A stretch of DNA of 64,000 nucleotides, from assembly GCA_040752695.1 (NCBI GenBank), contig JBFMGO010000008.1, positions 1 to 64,000 on the forward strand. Direction: 5' to 3'. The stretch is from a bacterium (lineage in GTDB: Bacteria; SZUA-182; DTGQ01). Shown here piece after piece: positions 36,733 through 46,086 of this stretch. How positions within the stretch are numbered: the first letter of the stretch is position 1; every line of letters begins with the position of its first letter. Position numbers and translations under genes: made by a program. The notes under the pieces were generated by a model that saw only the letters and a list, made by a program, of their open reading frames with translations, had not been told where the DNA came from and searched no databases.

Positions 36733-37297
36733 AAGAGTATGGGTGGTTGTTATTCTCCTTTTGCTCGGTATTTCTTCTGCGTCCTGTGGGCCTGGCCGCC
36801 AATCCATGCCCATTGCAAATGGCCTTGCTGCTGGAAAGGGCGCTGCGACTGAAAAGGGGAACGCGATCGAAAAGGGCATCACGATTGAAAAAGGGACTGC
36901 GGCAGCGGTTTGGGATTTCGATGACTTAAGCCCCTCTGCCGGTGACCGGCCCCCGCTGGGAGAACTTCTCTCCGCTCAGGTCATGGAAGTACTCGCATCG
37001 AGTGGGGATGTCGTAGTCATCGAGCGGGAGCGGCTGCATCTGGCCCTTGAGGAACTCAAGCTGGGAACGACCTCGCTGGCAGATGAGGCCACGCGCTTAC
37101 AGCTTGGCAGACTGGCGGGAGCCCGGTTGATGGTCTTTGGAGCCTACCAGTCGATAGCCGGTACGATGCGCCTCGATCTGCGGCTGGTTGAGGTGGAAAC
37201 AGGCAGGGTGCTCAAGGCAGTCAAAAGGGCAGCTTCGTCCGCTGATTTTTCCGCATGGCTTAAGGCCGCCCGGGAGGCCGCTGCCGACTTGCTGTAA
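36719..37297 (+). CDS. CsgG/HfaB-like lipoprotein
   Basis: Lipobox SASC; +ERE+L...L+EL.LG...L.D....+LG+L.GA..MV.G and LRLV.VETG.V; SD GGAGG before ATG 36719. Confidence 0.85.
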   Translation: MNLNKRVWVVVILLLLGISSASCGPGRQSMPIANGLAAGKGAATEKGNAIEKGITIEKGTAAAVWDFDDLSPSAGDRPPLGELLSAQVMEVLASSGDVVVIERERLHLALEELKLGTTSLADEATRLQLGRLAGARLMVFGAYQSIAGTMRLDLRLVEVETGRVLKAVKRAASSADFSAWLKAAREAAADLL

Positions 37298-37343
37298 CTA
37301 GCTGTAACTAATGCCTTGTCACCTCTATCTTGAGGGGTAACCT

Positions 37344-37369
37344 GGATTCCCGTTTTCGCGGGAATGACG
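37344..37369. repeat. Second ATTCCC-N8-GGGAAT palindromic element between convergent operons
   Basis: GGATTCCCGTTTTCGCGGGAATGACG; its reverse complement matches the core of 1186-1225. Confidence 0.75.
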
Positions 37370-37470
37370 TAGGGATGGATCCCACGGATCATTATTTTAC
37401 CCATCAATTGGGGCTTGCTAGGGTTTGCGGAAAAAACAAGCCGGTCGATGATGTCTAAAGTTGATGATGT

Positions 37471-38652
37471 CTAAAATAGAGCGGTCAGCAGCGCGGTGAG
37501 AGAAATCCCTTCATAATCGCGGTCATTCTGATTCAGGACAAACCCCTTGACCAGAACATCCGCGTCGAAGCGGGAACTTATCTGTCTACTCGCACCGACT
37601 CCCAGAGAGAATTTTTGCTTCTTCCCTTGATACAGGGGGTCTTGGGAGGGATAGTCGTTCTCGTCCGCCCACAGAAATTCCACCTGAGGTTTGAGAGAAG
37701 TCCGGGTGTTTAGTGCATATCGGTAGGAAAGACCGGCTATCCATTCGCTGCCGTGGCTGTTTTTATCTTCGGTCGAAAGGGCCGGAGTATAAGCCGCTCC
37801 TTCGGCTAATTTGCTTTTTCCCCGCAGGATGCTTTGCAGGTTGGCGCTCACATCCCACGCGCTCTGGTTATAGGTTATTCCCAGCCCCAGGAGAAAGAAA
37901 TCCCCCTCCTGAAACGAATCTTTTCCTTTTACCGTATCTTTGCTGAAATAAGCATAGTCGGTGAAAAAGCGGGCCTGATAACGGCTGAGGAAATCGTATC
38001 TCAATTGTGCCGTGAAATTGAGAATGTCACCTGGATCATATTCTTTGAGCGTTGAGCAATAGTCGTACTTGCCCCGGAAGACATAGCCGAGCCCAAAGCC
38101 ATAAGCCCAATTCTCCCACTCTCTGGCCAGGGAAACAGTCGGGTTGAGGTTCAGACCCTCTCCAAAGCTGGTAACCGAAACAAGATCCTGTCCTTCAAGG
38201 AGAACCAGATCCTCTTCCTTCAGGCTGGTCCGGCCTGTAGGTAAATTGAGATCCAGGCCGAGAAGAAGATCGAAGGGCAGAGGCAATTGGCCGGAAACCG
38301 GGTAGGCGAAATTGAGCTTCGTGTCGAGGCTGGTGGCCAGAGACCGTGTTCCTCCACCTGAGAGCGTAAACTGGGTGTTGGCAAATCCTGCTAAAATATC
38401 AATGGAGAAATCCGAAAAGGTAAGCCCGATTTTGACCGGGAGAGTGAACTGATACCCTTTGGTCGCTTCTTTTGGCTGGTCATCAGCCGGGCTATGGCCG
38501 CTGCTGGTAAACCAGTCGAACGTAAGGCCCGTTCGGGCCTCGATCTCGGCTGCCGAACATATCCATGTATTGGTATTCCGGGCCGTATTCAGAACGATAG
38601 CCGTACCCAGGATAACAGCCGACAAAACCATGATGAGCCGGTATCTTTTCAC
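37471..38652 (-). CDS. Outer-membrane beta-barrel protein
   Basis: Signal peptide, alternating amphipathic aromatic-rich strands, LNLPTG motif and C-terminal Phe. Confidence 0.8.
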   Translation of the reverse strand: MKRYRLIMVLSAVILGTAIVLNTARNTNTWICSAAEIEARTGLTFDWFTSSGHSPADDQPKEATKGYQFTLPVKIGLTFSDFSIDILAGFANTQFTLSGGGTRSLATSLDTKLNFAYPVSGQLPLPFDLLLGLDLNLPTGRTSLKEEDLVLLEGQDLVSVTSFGEGLNLNPTVSLAREWENWAYGFGLGYVFRGKYDYCSTLKEYDPGDILNFTAQLRYDFLSRYQARFFTDYAYFSKDTVKGKDSFQEGDFFLLGLGITYNQSAWDVSANLQSILRGKSKLAEGAAYTPALSTEDKNSHGSEWIAGLSYRYALNTRTSLKPQVEFLWADENDYPSQDPLYQGKKQKFSLGVGASRQISSRFDADVLVKGFVLNQNDRDYEGISLTALLTALF

Positions 38653-38720
38653 AGCTTTTTATACTCCTTATATCATAAGTTTCGACGATATCATGAACTT
38701 GCAGAAATATCATACATCCT

Positions 38721-39707
38721 TTAGGGAAATTCGACAGGCGGAAATTCAACAGGATTAGTTTGACCGGGGCCATTTCCACTGCTTCTGACACCCGCTCGTT
38801 CTGCCCGTTTTATCACGTCTTCGGGCGTCAGTTGATCGGTGAGTGAAGTCTGATCCTTGATTGAGCGAAGGAAAGAATCACTGCTCTTCGCACGGGGGAC
38901 CAGGCCAAGGTCCTGCAACTCTAAAAGAGACTCACGGGCACGACTGATCCCAGGGTCTGTTTTCAACGCCTGTTTATAAAATCTTGCCGCTTTGCGGTAA
39001 TCCCCGCTGTCACTGGCTGCAATGCCCTGGAAAAAGGCCATGGCAGCTTTTATACTCGTGGTCAATGGCCTTTGTATCCTTTTTTCTTCCTCAGGAGTAA
39101 GTTCAACCATTAAAAAGGTAAGGATATCGGAAACAAGCTCTTTCTCCAAATCGAATAATCCGGCCAGATCACCTTCAGCGATCTTTTGTTTCAGAATTTC
39201 GGCGGTTGGAACATCCAAAAAGAGCGCCTTGATCTGCATCGCATGAGTTTGTCCATTCTGGAGATCTCCACCGATCAGGTGCTGCGCGCCCAATAATTTT
39301 CCGATCCGGGGGGCTTGATCCATATCCACAAGCCCGGACTTCCCAAGCTCCATTTCATCCACGAGCGCCTGGAGCTTAACCCTTTCCACAACCTGGATAC
39401 TCTCGACCTGGGAAAGATCGGTAATGAGCATCAGGGCCAGCCCTTTTTGCAAGGGGTCCAGTTCCTGTTTTCCCGTCGTGTTCCGGAACGAGAGAACAGC
39501 AAGGGTATTGGACGCACCAGGTGCCCCAAGGCCCTTTTCTCCGGCCAGAACACTCTTGGCCCATGCTCTGTCTTCGTTCGTAATTACCTGCCCAGCCCAC
39601 GAGGATGAGAAAGAGGCAAGAATAATCCAAACCACGATACCGTAAAACAGGACATCAATACCGTAAAACAGGACATCGTATAAAGAGATAGATAACCGTC
39701 TATTCAT
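38721..39707 (-). CDS. CsgG/HfaB(TolB_N)-like protein with C-terminal TPR
   Basis: LAVL.F.N, GLA.MLITDLS, VVER..LQ.L+.E..L...G+VD...A.R+G+LLGA, then TPR (GDY..A..FY..AL..DP). Confidence 0.85.
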   Translation of the reverse strand: MNRRLSISLYDVLFYGIDVLFYGIVVWIILASFSSSWAGQVITNEDRAWAKSVLAGEKGLGAPGASNTLAVLSFRNTTGKQELDPLQKGLALMLITDLSQVESIQVVERVKLQALVDEMELGKSGLVDMDQAPRIGKLLGAQHLIGGDLQNGQTHAMQIKALFLDVPTAEILKQKIAEGDLAGLFDLEKELVSDILTFLMVELTPEEEKRIQRPLTTSIKAAMAFFQGIAASDSGDYRKAARFYKQALKTDPGISRARESLLELQDLGLVPRAKSSDSFLRSIKDQTSLTDQLTPEDVIKRAERAGVRSSGNGPGQTNPVEFPPVEFP

Positions 39708-42700
39708 TTTGCCTGCCCCGGCATGTGATTACCAGCCCCGCCATGAGATTCAGATACCTTCGCACTGAACTGCTGAAACAGCCTCCTCGCACTGAATTGA
39801 TAAAACAGCCCCCTCCGGAAGAACCGGACTTACCCGGTATCTGGTCATCCTTGTACATGCTAATGTCTTCTTCGGGAGTTTCAGCACCGAGGGCATACAC
39901 CAGGCCATCGCTGCTGCCGATATAGATCAGGCCGTTCTTTATGGCAGCAGAGGAAGCGACCCGGCCTCCGGTTTGATATCTCCATTTCAGATTGCCGTTC
40001 TGTGGTGAAAGGGCATAAATCCATCCGTCGTTACTCCCTATGTAGACCGTGCCATCAGCCCCAATGGCTGGCGAAGACCAGACACTGCCTTCGGTCTGGT
40101 ATCTCCATTTCACCCGGTCATTGGGGTCGGTGGCACCCGGATCGAGGGCATAGACACTGCCATTATCACTTCCCACATAGACCGTGCCGTCAGCCCCTAT
40201 GGCCGGGGAGGAATCGATATCTCCGCACGTTCGATAGCTCCACTTCAGGCTGCCGTTGGGATCGAGGGCGTAGATACTGTTATTGCTGCTGCCTATGTAG
40301 ACCGTACCATCATTTCCTATGGCCGGTGAAGAGTAGAATCCGCCATTCACCTGAAATTTCCATTTCAGGCGGGTTGCGGGGTCTAAATCAATGCCTGATT
40401 TCAGTGCATAGACTATGCCGCCAGTACTTCCGACGTAGAGCGTACTGTCATCATTTCCTATGGCCGGTGAAGAGTAAACCTCACCTTGTGCCTGATAATT
40501 CCATTTCATGGTACCGTTCGGATCGATGGCATATATCCTGCCAGACTCGCTGCCAACGTAAATCGTACCATCAGCCCCGAGAGCCGGAGAGGAGAATACA
40601 TCGTCCATATCCGTGTTCATCGGTTGGCTATCACTGGCAGTATCGCTGATGACAGCAGGCGGGAAAATCCATCTCAGGCTGCCATTTTCAGGTCTGAGGG
40701 CATAAATCCTGCCATCATTACTACCCGCATAGACAGTGCCGTCAGCCCCTATGGCCGGCGAGGAACAGACCTCGCCGCCGGTTTGACAGCTCCACTGCAG
40801 GTTGCCATCCGGATGAATAGCATATATTCTCTGATCGTCGCTGCCGATATAGATCGTTCCGTCAACACCGATAGCTGCCGAGGACTCGACCGGACCTTCC
40901 GTCTTGAACTTCCATTGAAGAGTATTGACCTGCGCACCAGAGTATGGGCTCTGGCCGGTATGCCGGGCATCATGCCCCCGGCATGGCCAGGCACTGTTGG
41001 CCAGTCCGCCCTCCGGCTCCAGCCTGGTATAGGTTTCTGTGGCTGTATCACTGGGTATCCATTCGCTTTTGAATCCTCTGGCCGCGATAGTGGTTGTATC
41101 GTTTAGAACCAGGGGAGCGGTATAAACCTCTGAATTTTCATCCGGCTCACTTCCATCGGTGGTGTAGTGGATAGTAACATCGGGAGTATCGCAACTGATT
41201 GAAACCGTTATTGATTCAGTGAAGCTGCCAGATACGGGGGATAATGAGGGCGTGGCTACTTTTTCCGGTGCAGGTGTATATGTATAGATTTCTATTGCCG
41301 TATCACTCGGTATCCATCCGCTTTTGAATCCCCTGGCCTCGATAGTGGCGGTACCGGTTAGTTGGATGGGAGCGGTATAAACCGGTGAATTTTCATCCGG
41401 CTCACTTTCATCGGTGGTGTAGTGGATAGTAACATCGGGAGTATCGCAACTGATTGAAACCGTTATTGATTCAGTGAAGCTGCCAGATACGGGGGATAAT
41501 GAGGGCGTGGCTACTTTACCTGCAAAGGCATAGACAGAGCCATCAGAACTTGCGATATAAACCGTGCCGTCAGCCCCTATGGCAGGCGAGGAAACAATCC
41601 CTCCGGTCTGGTAGCTCCATTTCAGACTGCCGTTCGGATCAAGAGCAATGACCTCGCCGCTTTGACTCAGAGAACTTCCGAAATAAACCGTGCCATCAGC
41701 CCCTATGGCAGGTGCGGAAACGATCTCGCCCCCGGTCTGGTAACTCCATTTCGGATTGCCGTTCGGATCGAGAGCAGCGAGATTATTCCCGGACATGCCG
41801 ATATACATCGTGCCGTCAGTCCCTATGGCAAGTGAGGAAAAGGTCCCATACCCGTCCAGGAAGTGGTCCCATTTCAGAACGCCATTAGGATCGACAGCAT
41901 AAAGATCCCCACCTTCGCCGTAAGACCTTGCAACATAAATTGTGCCGTCTGCCCCGAGAGCCGGAGAGGAAACGGTCTCATTCCCTGCAAGATAATAGCT
42001 CCATTTCAGGCTGCCATTCGGATCGAGAGCAGTGAGATTGCTATCAGAACCCACGATATAAATCGTACCGTCAGCCCCTATGGCCGGTGAAGACCAGGTC
42101 AACCCGATTTCAAGCGGGTAGCTCCATCTAACGTTGCCATTCGGATCAAGAACATAGAATTTGTCATACAGGCCTCCGACATAAATGGTGCCATCAGCCC
42201 CTATAACGGGCGAAGAATCGATCCCGTTCCCGGTCAGATAGCTCCATTTCTTGCTGCCGTTCGGATTGAGGGCATAGAGATTGTGGTCCAGACTTCCGAC
42301 ATAAATGGTGCCATCAGCCCCTATGGCCGGGGAGGAAACAACCCCGCCTCCGATGGTCTGGTAGCTCCATTTCTTGCTGCCATTCGGATCGAGAGCGAAG
42401 ACCTCGCCGGTTTCACCGTAAGAAATTCCGATATACATGGTGCCATCAACCCCTATGGCCGGCGAGGACCAAACCCCGCTCCCGGTCTGATAACTCCACT
42501 TCAGGGTATTGGTTTGCGCTCCAAGGTATGGACTTTGACCGGTATGCCGCACATCATGCCCCAGGCATGGCCAGGCACTATTGGCTAATCCGCCTGACTG
42601 GGCAGAGCTTACTGCCGGTGCGTACATGAATGTACCGAAAAATACAAGGATAACCAGGAGAAGAGAGCATAAGGGATAAGAGTATACAGAAAAGAAGAGA

Positions 42701-42732
42701 CTCCTGGGACGGAAACAAGAAACTTTCTTCAT
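39700..42732 (-). CDS. Large secreted protein: two PQQ-like beta-propellers, two Fn3-associated/CHB_HEX_C-like domains, C-terminal GGGCFI motif
   Basis: Many SSPAIGADGT+Y+GS...+YA++PNG..+W repeats; two I.YTTD..EP domains repeated at a 255-bp period; SSGGGCFI tail. SD suggests start at ATG 42732. Confidence 0.88.
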   Translation of the reverse strand: MKKVSCFRPRSLFFSVYSYPLCSLLLVILVFFGTFMYAPAVSSAQSGGLANSAWPCLGHDVRHTGQSPYLGAQTNTLKWSYQTGSGVWSSPAIGVDGTMYIGISYGETGEVFALDPNGSKKWSYQTIGGGVVSSPAIGADGTIYVGSLDHNLYALNPNGSKKWSYLTGNGIDSSPVIGADGTIYVGGLYDKFYVLDPNGNVRWSYPLEIGLTWSSPAIGADGTIYIVGSDSNLTALDPNGSLKWSYYLAGNETVSSPALGADGTIYVARSYGEGGDLYAVDPNGVLKWDHFLDGYGTFSSLAIGTDGTMYIGMSGNNLAALDPNGNPKWSYQTGGEIVSAPAIGADGTVYFGSSLSQSGEVIALDPNGSLKWSYQTGGIVSSPAIGADGTVYIASSDGSVYAFAGKVATPSLSPVSGSFTESITVSISCDTPDVTIHYTTDESEPDENSPVYTAPIQLTGTATIEARGFKSGWIPSDTAIEIYTYTPAPEKVATPSLSPVSGSFTESITVSISCDTPDVTIHYTTDGSEPDENSEVYTAPLVLNDTTTIAARGFKSEWIPSDTATETYTRLEPEGGLANSAWPCRGHDARHTGQSPYSGAQVNTLQWKFKTEGPVESSAAIGVDGTIYIGSDDQRIYAIHPDGNLQWSCQTGGEVCSSPAIGADGTVYAGSNDGRIYALRPENGSLRWIFPPAVISDTASDSQPMNTDMDDVFSSPALGADGTIYVGSESGRIYAIDPNGTMKWNYQAQGEVYSSPAIGNDDSTLYVGSTGGIVYALKSGIDLDPATRLKWKFQVNGGFYSSPAIGNDGTVYIGSSNNSIYALDPNGSLKWSYRTCGDIDSSPAIGADGTVYVGSDNGSVYALDPGATDPNDRVKWRYQTEGSVWSSPAIGADGTVYIGSNDGWIYALSPQNGNLKWRYQTGGRVASSAAIKNGLIYIGSSDGLVYALGAETPEEDISMYKDDQIPGKSGSSGGGCFINSVRGGCFSSSVRRYLNLMAGLVITCRGRQNE

Positions 42733-42895
42733 AACAGCATCCTCATGAGAATTGGCCTGTGATTCACAGACTCTATTTTCATCCAAGCGTACCTTTCAAG
42801 GAATGAAACGAAGGCTTTTTTCCTTCCAAAATGAATAGCGATATTTTTAATGGTGATATTTCCAAGCGGTATGATACCAGGACACGGATGGCGGG

Positions 42896-43105
42896 TTACT
42901 CGGTCAAAACAATCACATCCTCTGCCTGCAAGCCTTTCTTTCCCTGTTTCAATTTATACTCAACCCGGTCACCTTCGTTCAGCCAGCGAGCCTCAAGGAG
43001 ACCACTATGGTGGACAAAGATATCTTTCCCATAATCAGGGGTGATAAAACCAAAGCCCTTATCTTTATTAAACCACTTGACGGTACCAGTCTCGCGTTTT
43101 TCCAC
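42896..43105 (-). CDS. cspA: Cold-shock protein
   Basis: GTVKWFN..KGFGFI and DIFVH.S; candidate promoter TTGCAA-18-TAGAAT at 43157-43186. Confidence 0.95.
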   Translation of the reverse strand: MEKRETGTVKWFNKDKGFGFITPDYGKDIFVHHSGLLEARWLNEGDRVEYKLKQGKKGLQAEDVIVLTE

Positions 43106-43276
43106 GCTTTTCTATCCTTTCCGATTAAAATAATCGATAAATTAATGGTTAAGAATATTCTATTCCAAAAGCACGGTCTTTTGCAATAAAAAACGCTGAG
43201 GTTTGATTGGCAAGAACCTTCATATTCCTTCGTCTTGCGAATTCCCTGTCATATCATTCTTCTCATTCTTCCGCTC

Positions 43277-43822
43277 TCAGAATAAGCAGTACACTCCTAT
43301 CAGGATGAACAATACCCCGGCAACAATGGAGATTATTCTCTTGTCCAGTCTGCTCAGGAGATATTTCCCCAGGTATACTGCGATAAGGGATAAAACAGCC
43401 AAAGCAGTAATGACGCCAAGGAAGACCATGAAGGGATTGTATTTTGCAGCGAACAGAGCGGAAGCGATCTGGGTCTTGTCACCCATTTCAGAGAGCAGCA
43501 CGATTCCAAGTCCTGATAAGAAGGGATTCTTGAGCCTGCATTCAGATTCCTCCTCCTTCCTGCTGGCAAGGGTCAGTATTCCAAATAGGATAAATACAGC
43601 ACCGGAGATGATCCTGATATACCGTATAGGGATAAGATTGGCTATGAAATCGCCGAAAATGACAGCCAGGCCGTCAGCGATAATAAAGGCTGCTATCACA
43701 CCGGATAAGAGCTGAAAATATTTTTTGGTGTTGGACGCCAGGCAGAAGATTGCCAGTTGGGTTTTGTCACCTAATTCAGCTATTCCGATCGTTAAGAAAG
43801 GTATGATAAAGTCTTTGAGCAT
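43277..43822 (-). CDS. UPF0016/GDT1/TMEM165 Mn/Ca transporter
   Basis: Duplicated E(L/M)GDKTQ motif; hydrophobic. Confidence 0.95.
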   Translation of the reverse strand: MLKDFIIPFLTIGIAELGDKTQLAIFCLASNTKKYFQLLSGVIAAFIIADGLAVIFGDFIANLIPIRYIRIISGAVFILFGILTLASRKEEESECRLKNPFLSGLGIVLLSEMGDKTQIASALFAAKYNPFMVFLGVITALAVLSLIAVYLGKYLLSRLDKRIISIVAGVLFILIGVYCLF

Positions 43823-44089
43823 GGTGCGTATACTCTCGCCATCAGCTATCAGCTACCCGCTATCAGCCATCAGATTGATCTGCTTACCTGGATTATGATA
43901 ATCCATTAGGCTTGAAAAGGAAAGGAAAAACAAAGGAAGCCATAGAACAGGCCACTCTGGGGCCGGCCATGCGCCTTTAGAGCCCCGGCGAGATCCTCCG
44001 GGTGACACTTTCATGGAAAGGAGACAGGGTGTCAGGGAAAAACCATAGCATTGTCACAAGCCTGCATCACGAGCCTGAGAACCGCTCGT

Positions 44090-44533
44090 CTATGGTACCA
44101 GCAGTCCAAAACCGGTCTTGGGATCGAGAACGCGCACTCCGGTGGATTCGATCAGTTCAAAGAGAATGACTTCCATAATATGCCATACCTTTACGCCCTT
44201 GCGGACACATCCGGTGACTGATGAGGTACCTCTGCCACAGGCAACGTGCATGTGTAATACGGGATTGCCCTGCTCGTCCGGAAAAAGCGTTCCTGTACCG
44301 GCTATTTCGTGAACGTTATCAAGAACATGTTCCATAGGCTGAACAGGTCTTACGCGTCCATGTTCCGGTCCGACCACAAGCCTGCTGCCTGCGTCAGCTC
44401 CTCCGATTATAATCAGAGAGGCGCATGAAATGGCCTGCTCGCGGGCAAATTGCTCAATCTTCTCATGAATAACTTCCCCGTCCTCTAAGCGTATGATAAA
44501 TATACGCCCTTGCTTTGCTTGTGAATATTTCAT
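44090..44533 (-). CDS. PPC/DUF296 domain protein
   Basis: +RL+.GE, E+.G.GT, P.LH.H and GCV..G...W..E; SD GGAGG before ATG 44533. Confidence 0.88.
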   Translation of the reverse strand: MKYSQAKQGRIFIIRLEDGEVIHEKIEQFAREQAISCASLIIIGGADAGSRLVVGPEHGRVRPVQPMEHVLDNVHEIAGTGTLFPDEQGNPVLHMHVACGRGTSSVTGCVRKGVKVWHIMEVILFELIESTGVRVLDPKTGFGLLVP

Positions 44534-44667
44534 GTCAAGCCTCCATGAATTCTCTTTCACTTTCCTCATTCATCGTTATTCATCCAGGCGACAATTCCAC
44601 GATAAGGGTAAATTCCCCCCTCGCATCCTTTTTAGATCAGGGTGTGAGGGAGGATATTCACGCTATC

Positions 44668-44792
44668 ACATCAAACCTGATTGTATTCATATCCAACCAG
44701 TTGCATTCATATCAGACCCGTTGCATTCATAATCAAACCTGTTATATTCACATCAAGCCTGTTATATTCATATCAGACCTGTCACATCATAT
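44668..44792. repeat. ~20-bp degenerate tandem repeat (about 6 copies) starting at the sufB-like stop codon
   Basis: ATCA(A/G)ACC(T/C)GTT(A/G)(T/C)ATTCAT-like units head to tail with no spacers. Confidence 0.85.
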
Positions 44793-46086
44793 CCTTATCG
44801 CTTTGCCCCACGGCACGGTCGATCTGTGCTTTGAGCTCAGGCGGCAGACCAGGGATATCGACGTTCAGAAAGCCCCGCACGATGGTGGAGGTGGCTTCAT
44901 CCTCGCTCAGGCCCCGGGACATGAGGTAGAGAATTTCCTCCTGCGCGATCTTGCCCACCGCTGCCTCGTGTGACATCTCTACGCCATCGGCTTTTCCTTC
45001 CAGTTCCGGTATGGCGTGAATGCTTCCTCCGTTCAGGATAAGGCCGCGGCACTCAAGATGAGCCTTTACGCCCGGGACTTCGCCGATCAGGTCTCCACGG
45101 GCAATGATGGACCCGCCATTGGTAATGGCCCTGGAAATAATCTCCGCCCTGGTATCGGCTTCTTTCAGGTAGACGCGGCCGCCAATGTCCAGTTCGGATT
45201 TCGGGCTGCCAACCAAGAGGTTATAAAAGCGGGCTACAGCACCCTTTCCCAGAAGGTGAGTGGTTGGATACATCTGAACGGACCTGACGGGCATCATGCT
45301 GATATAATTGCTCAGGAAAAGGCCATCTTCCTCAACCACACCGACTGACCGGGATCTGGCCATTACCTCTTCGGCCCAGGTGTGGATCATGGTGAAGCTC
45401 AATCGGGCTCTCTTCCTGACATAGAATTCAGTTACGCCAATATGGATGGCCCGCCGCACATGAGAAGCAGTAGCACAACCCGTGATGAGATGAAGCTCCG
45501 AATCCTCTTCGGCAATAATCAGATTATGGACGTTCTGATCTGAGCCCTCCCTGCCAAGATACATGCATGCCTGCACCGGATAGACGACCTTACTGCCGGA
45601 AAGTGCCCTGATAACGTAACCGTTATGCAGATCGAGCTGTACCCTGGCCGTGTATTTATCCATATCTACCTCAACCAGTTTCCAGTAGTAATCCGAAACC
45701 CAGGGGTAGCGGGCCAGTGCCTCCTTGATCGGCATTACTTCCAGCCCTTCCTGCTTTGAAAAGGCATGGAGCACGGATGCATCCTTTTGCAGATACGTTC
45801 CTGATCTTCCGGCTCCAGCAGTGTCTATGCCGGATAGAATCATCCGTTTTTTATCAGCTTCCGACAGACCTGTTCCTGAAAGGTCAGCGCCCGAAAGATC
45901 CACCCCCCGATTCTCATGGGCAGGGACATCACGGGCAGTGGCGTCATGCCGGCGGGCATCATGGACAGGGGCATCGATACCAGGGGCTTGCGACTGAAAG
46001 GTGTCAAGATCGATATCCTGGCCAAACTGGGCCTTTTTCTCTTTGGCCTGTAAAGCCTTTTCGTCTAGATCGCGCATCGTATGCAC
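44782..46086 (-). CDS. SufB/SufD-family Fe-S scaffold (SmsB-like)
   Basis: P+Q.C+Y, Q.VHN+I+.EE.S.L.+ITGC, HLEC.GL and SHEAAVGKIA.EEI.YLM.RGLSE.EA...IVRGF. Confidence 0.92.
   Translation of the reverse strand: MHTMRDLDEKALQAKEKKAQFGQDIDLDTFQSQAPGIDAPVHDARRHDATARDVPAHENRGVDLSGADLSGTGLSEADKKRMILSGIDTAGAGRSGTYLQKDASVLHAFSKQEGLEVMPIKEALARYPWVSDYYWKLVEVDMDKYTARVQLDLHNGYVIRALSGSKVVYPVQACMYLGREGSDQNVHNLIIAEEDSELHLITGCATASHVRRAIHIGVTEFYVRKRARLSFTMIHTWAEEVMARSRSVGVVEEDGLFLSNYISMMPVRSVQMYPTTHLLGKGAVARFYNLLVGSPKSELDIGGRVYLKEADTRAEIISRAITNGGSIIARGDLIGEVPGVKAHLECRGLILNGGSIHAIPELEGKADGVEMSHEAAVGKIAQEEILYLMSRGLSEDEATSTIVRGFLNVDIPGLPPELKAQIDRAVGQSDKDMM

Noticed and set aside
34756..39707. Curli secretion system
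   Set aside because: Only CsgG/TolB_N-like domains are present; no curlin-repeat protein or CsgE/F.
39700..42732. PQQ dehydrogenase, BamB or DGR target
   Set aside because: Repeats are generic propeller blades with Fn3-like spacers; the 255-bp duplication is in frame within one ORF and no reverse transcriptase is present.
43825..44085. yybP-ykoY Mn riboswitch upstream of the UPF0016 gene
   Set aside because: No GGGAGTAG...GCAAGACC-type signature seen by eye.
44668..44792. Possible CRISPR array
   Set aside because: Units are ~20 bp, degenerate and head to tail with no unique spacers; no cas genes; the unit derives from the adjacent gene end.
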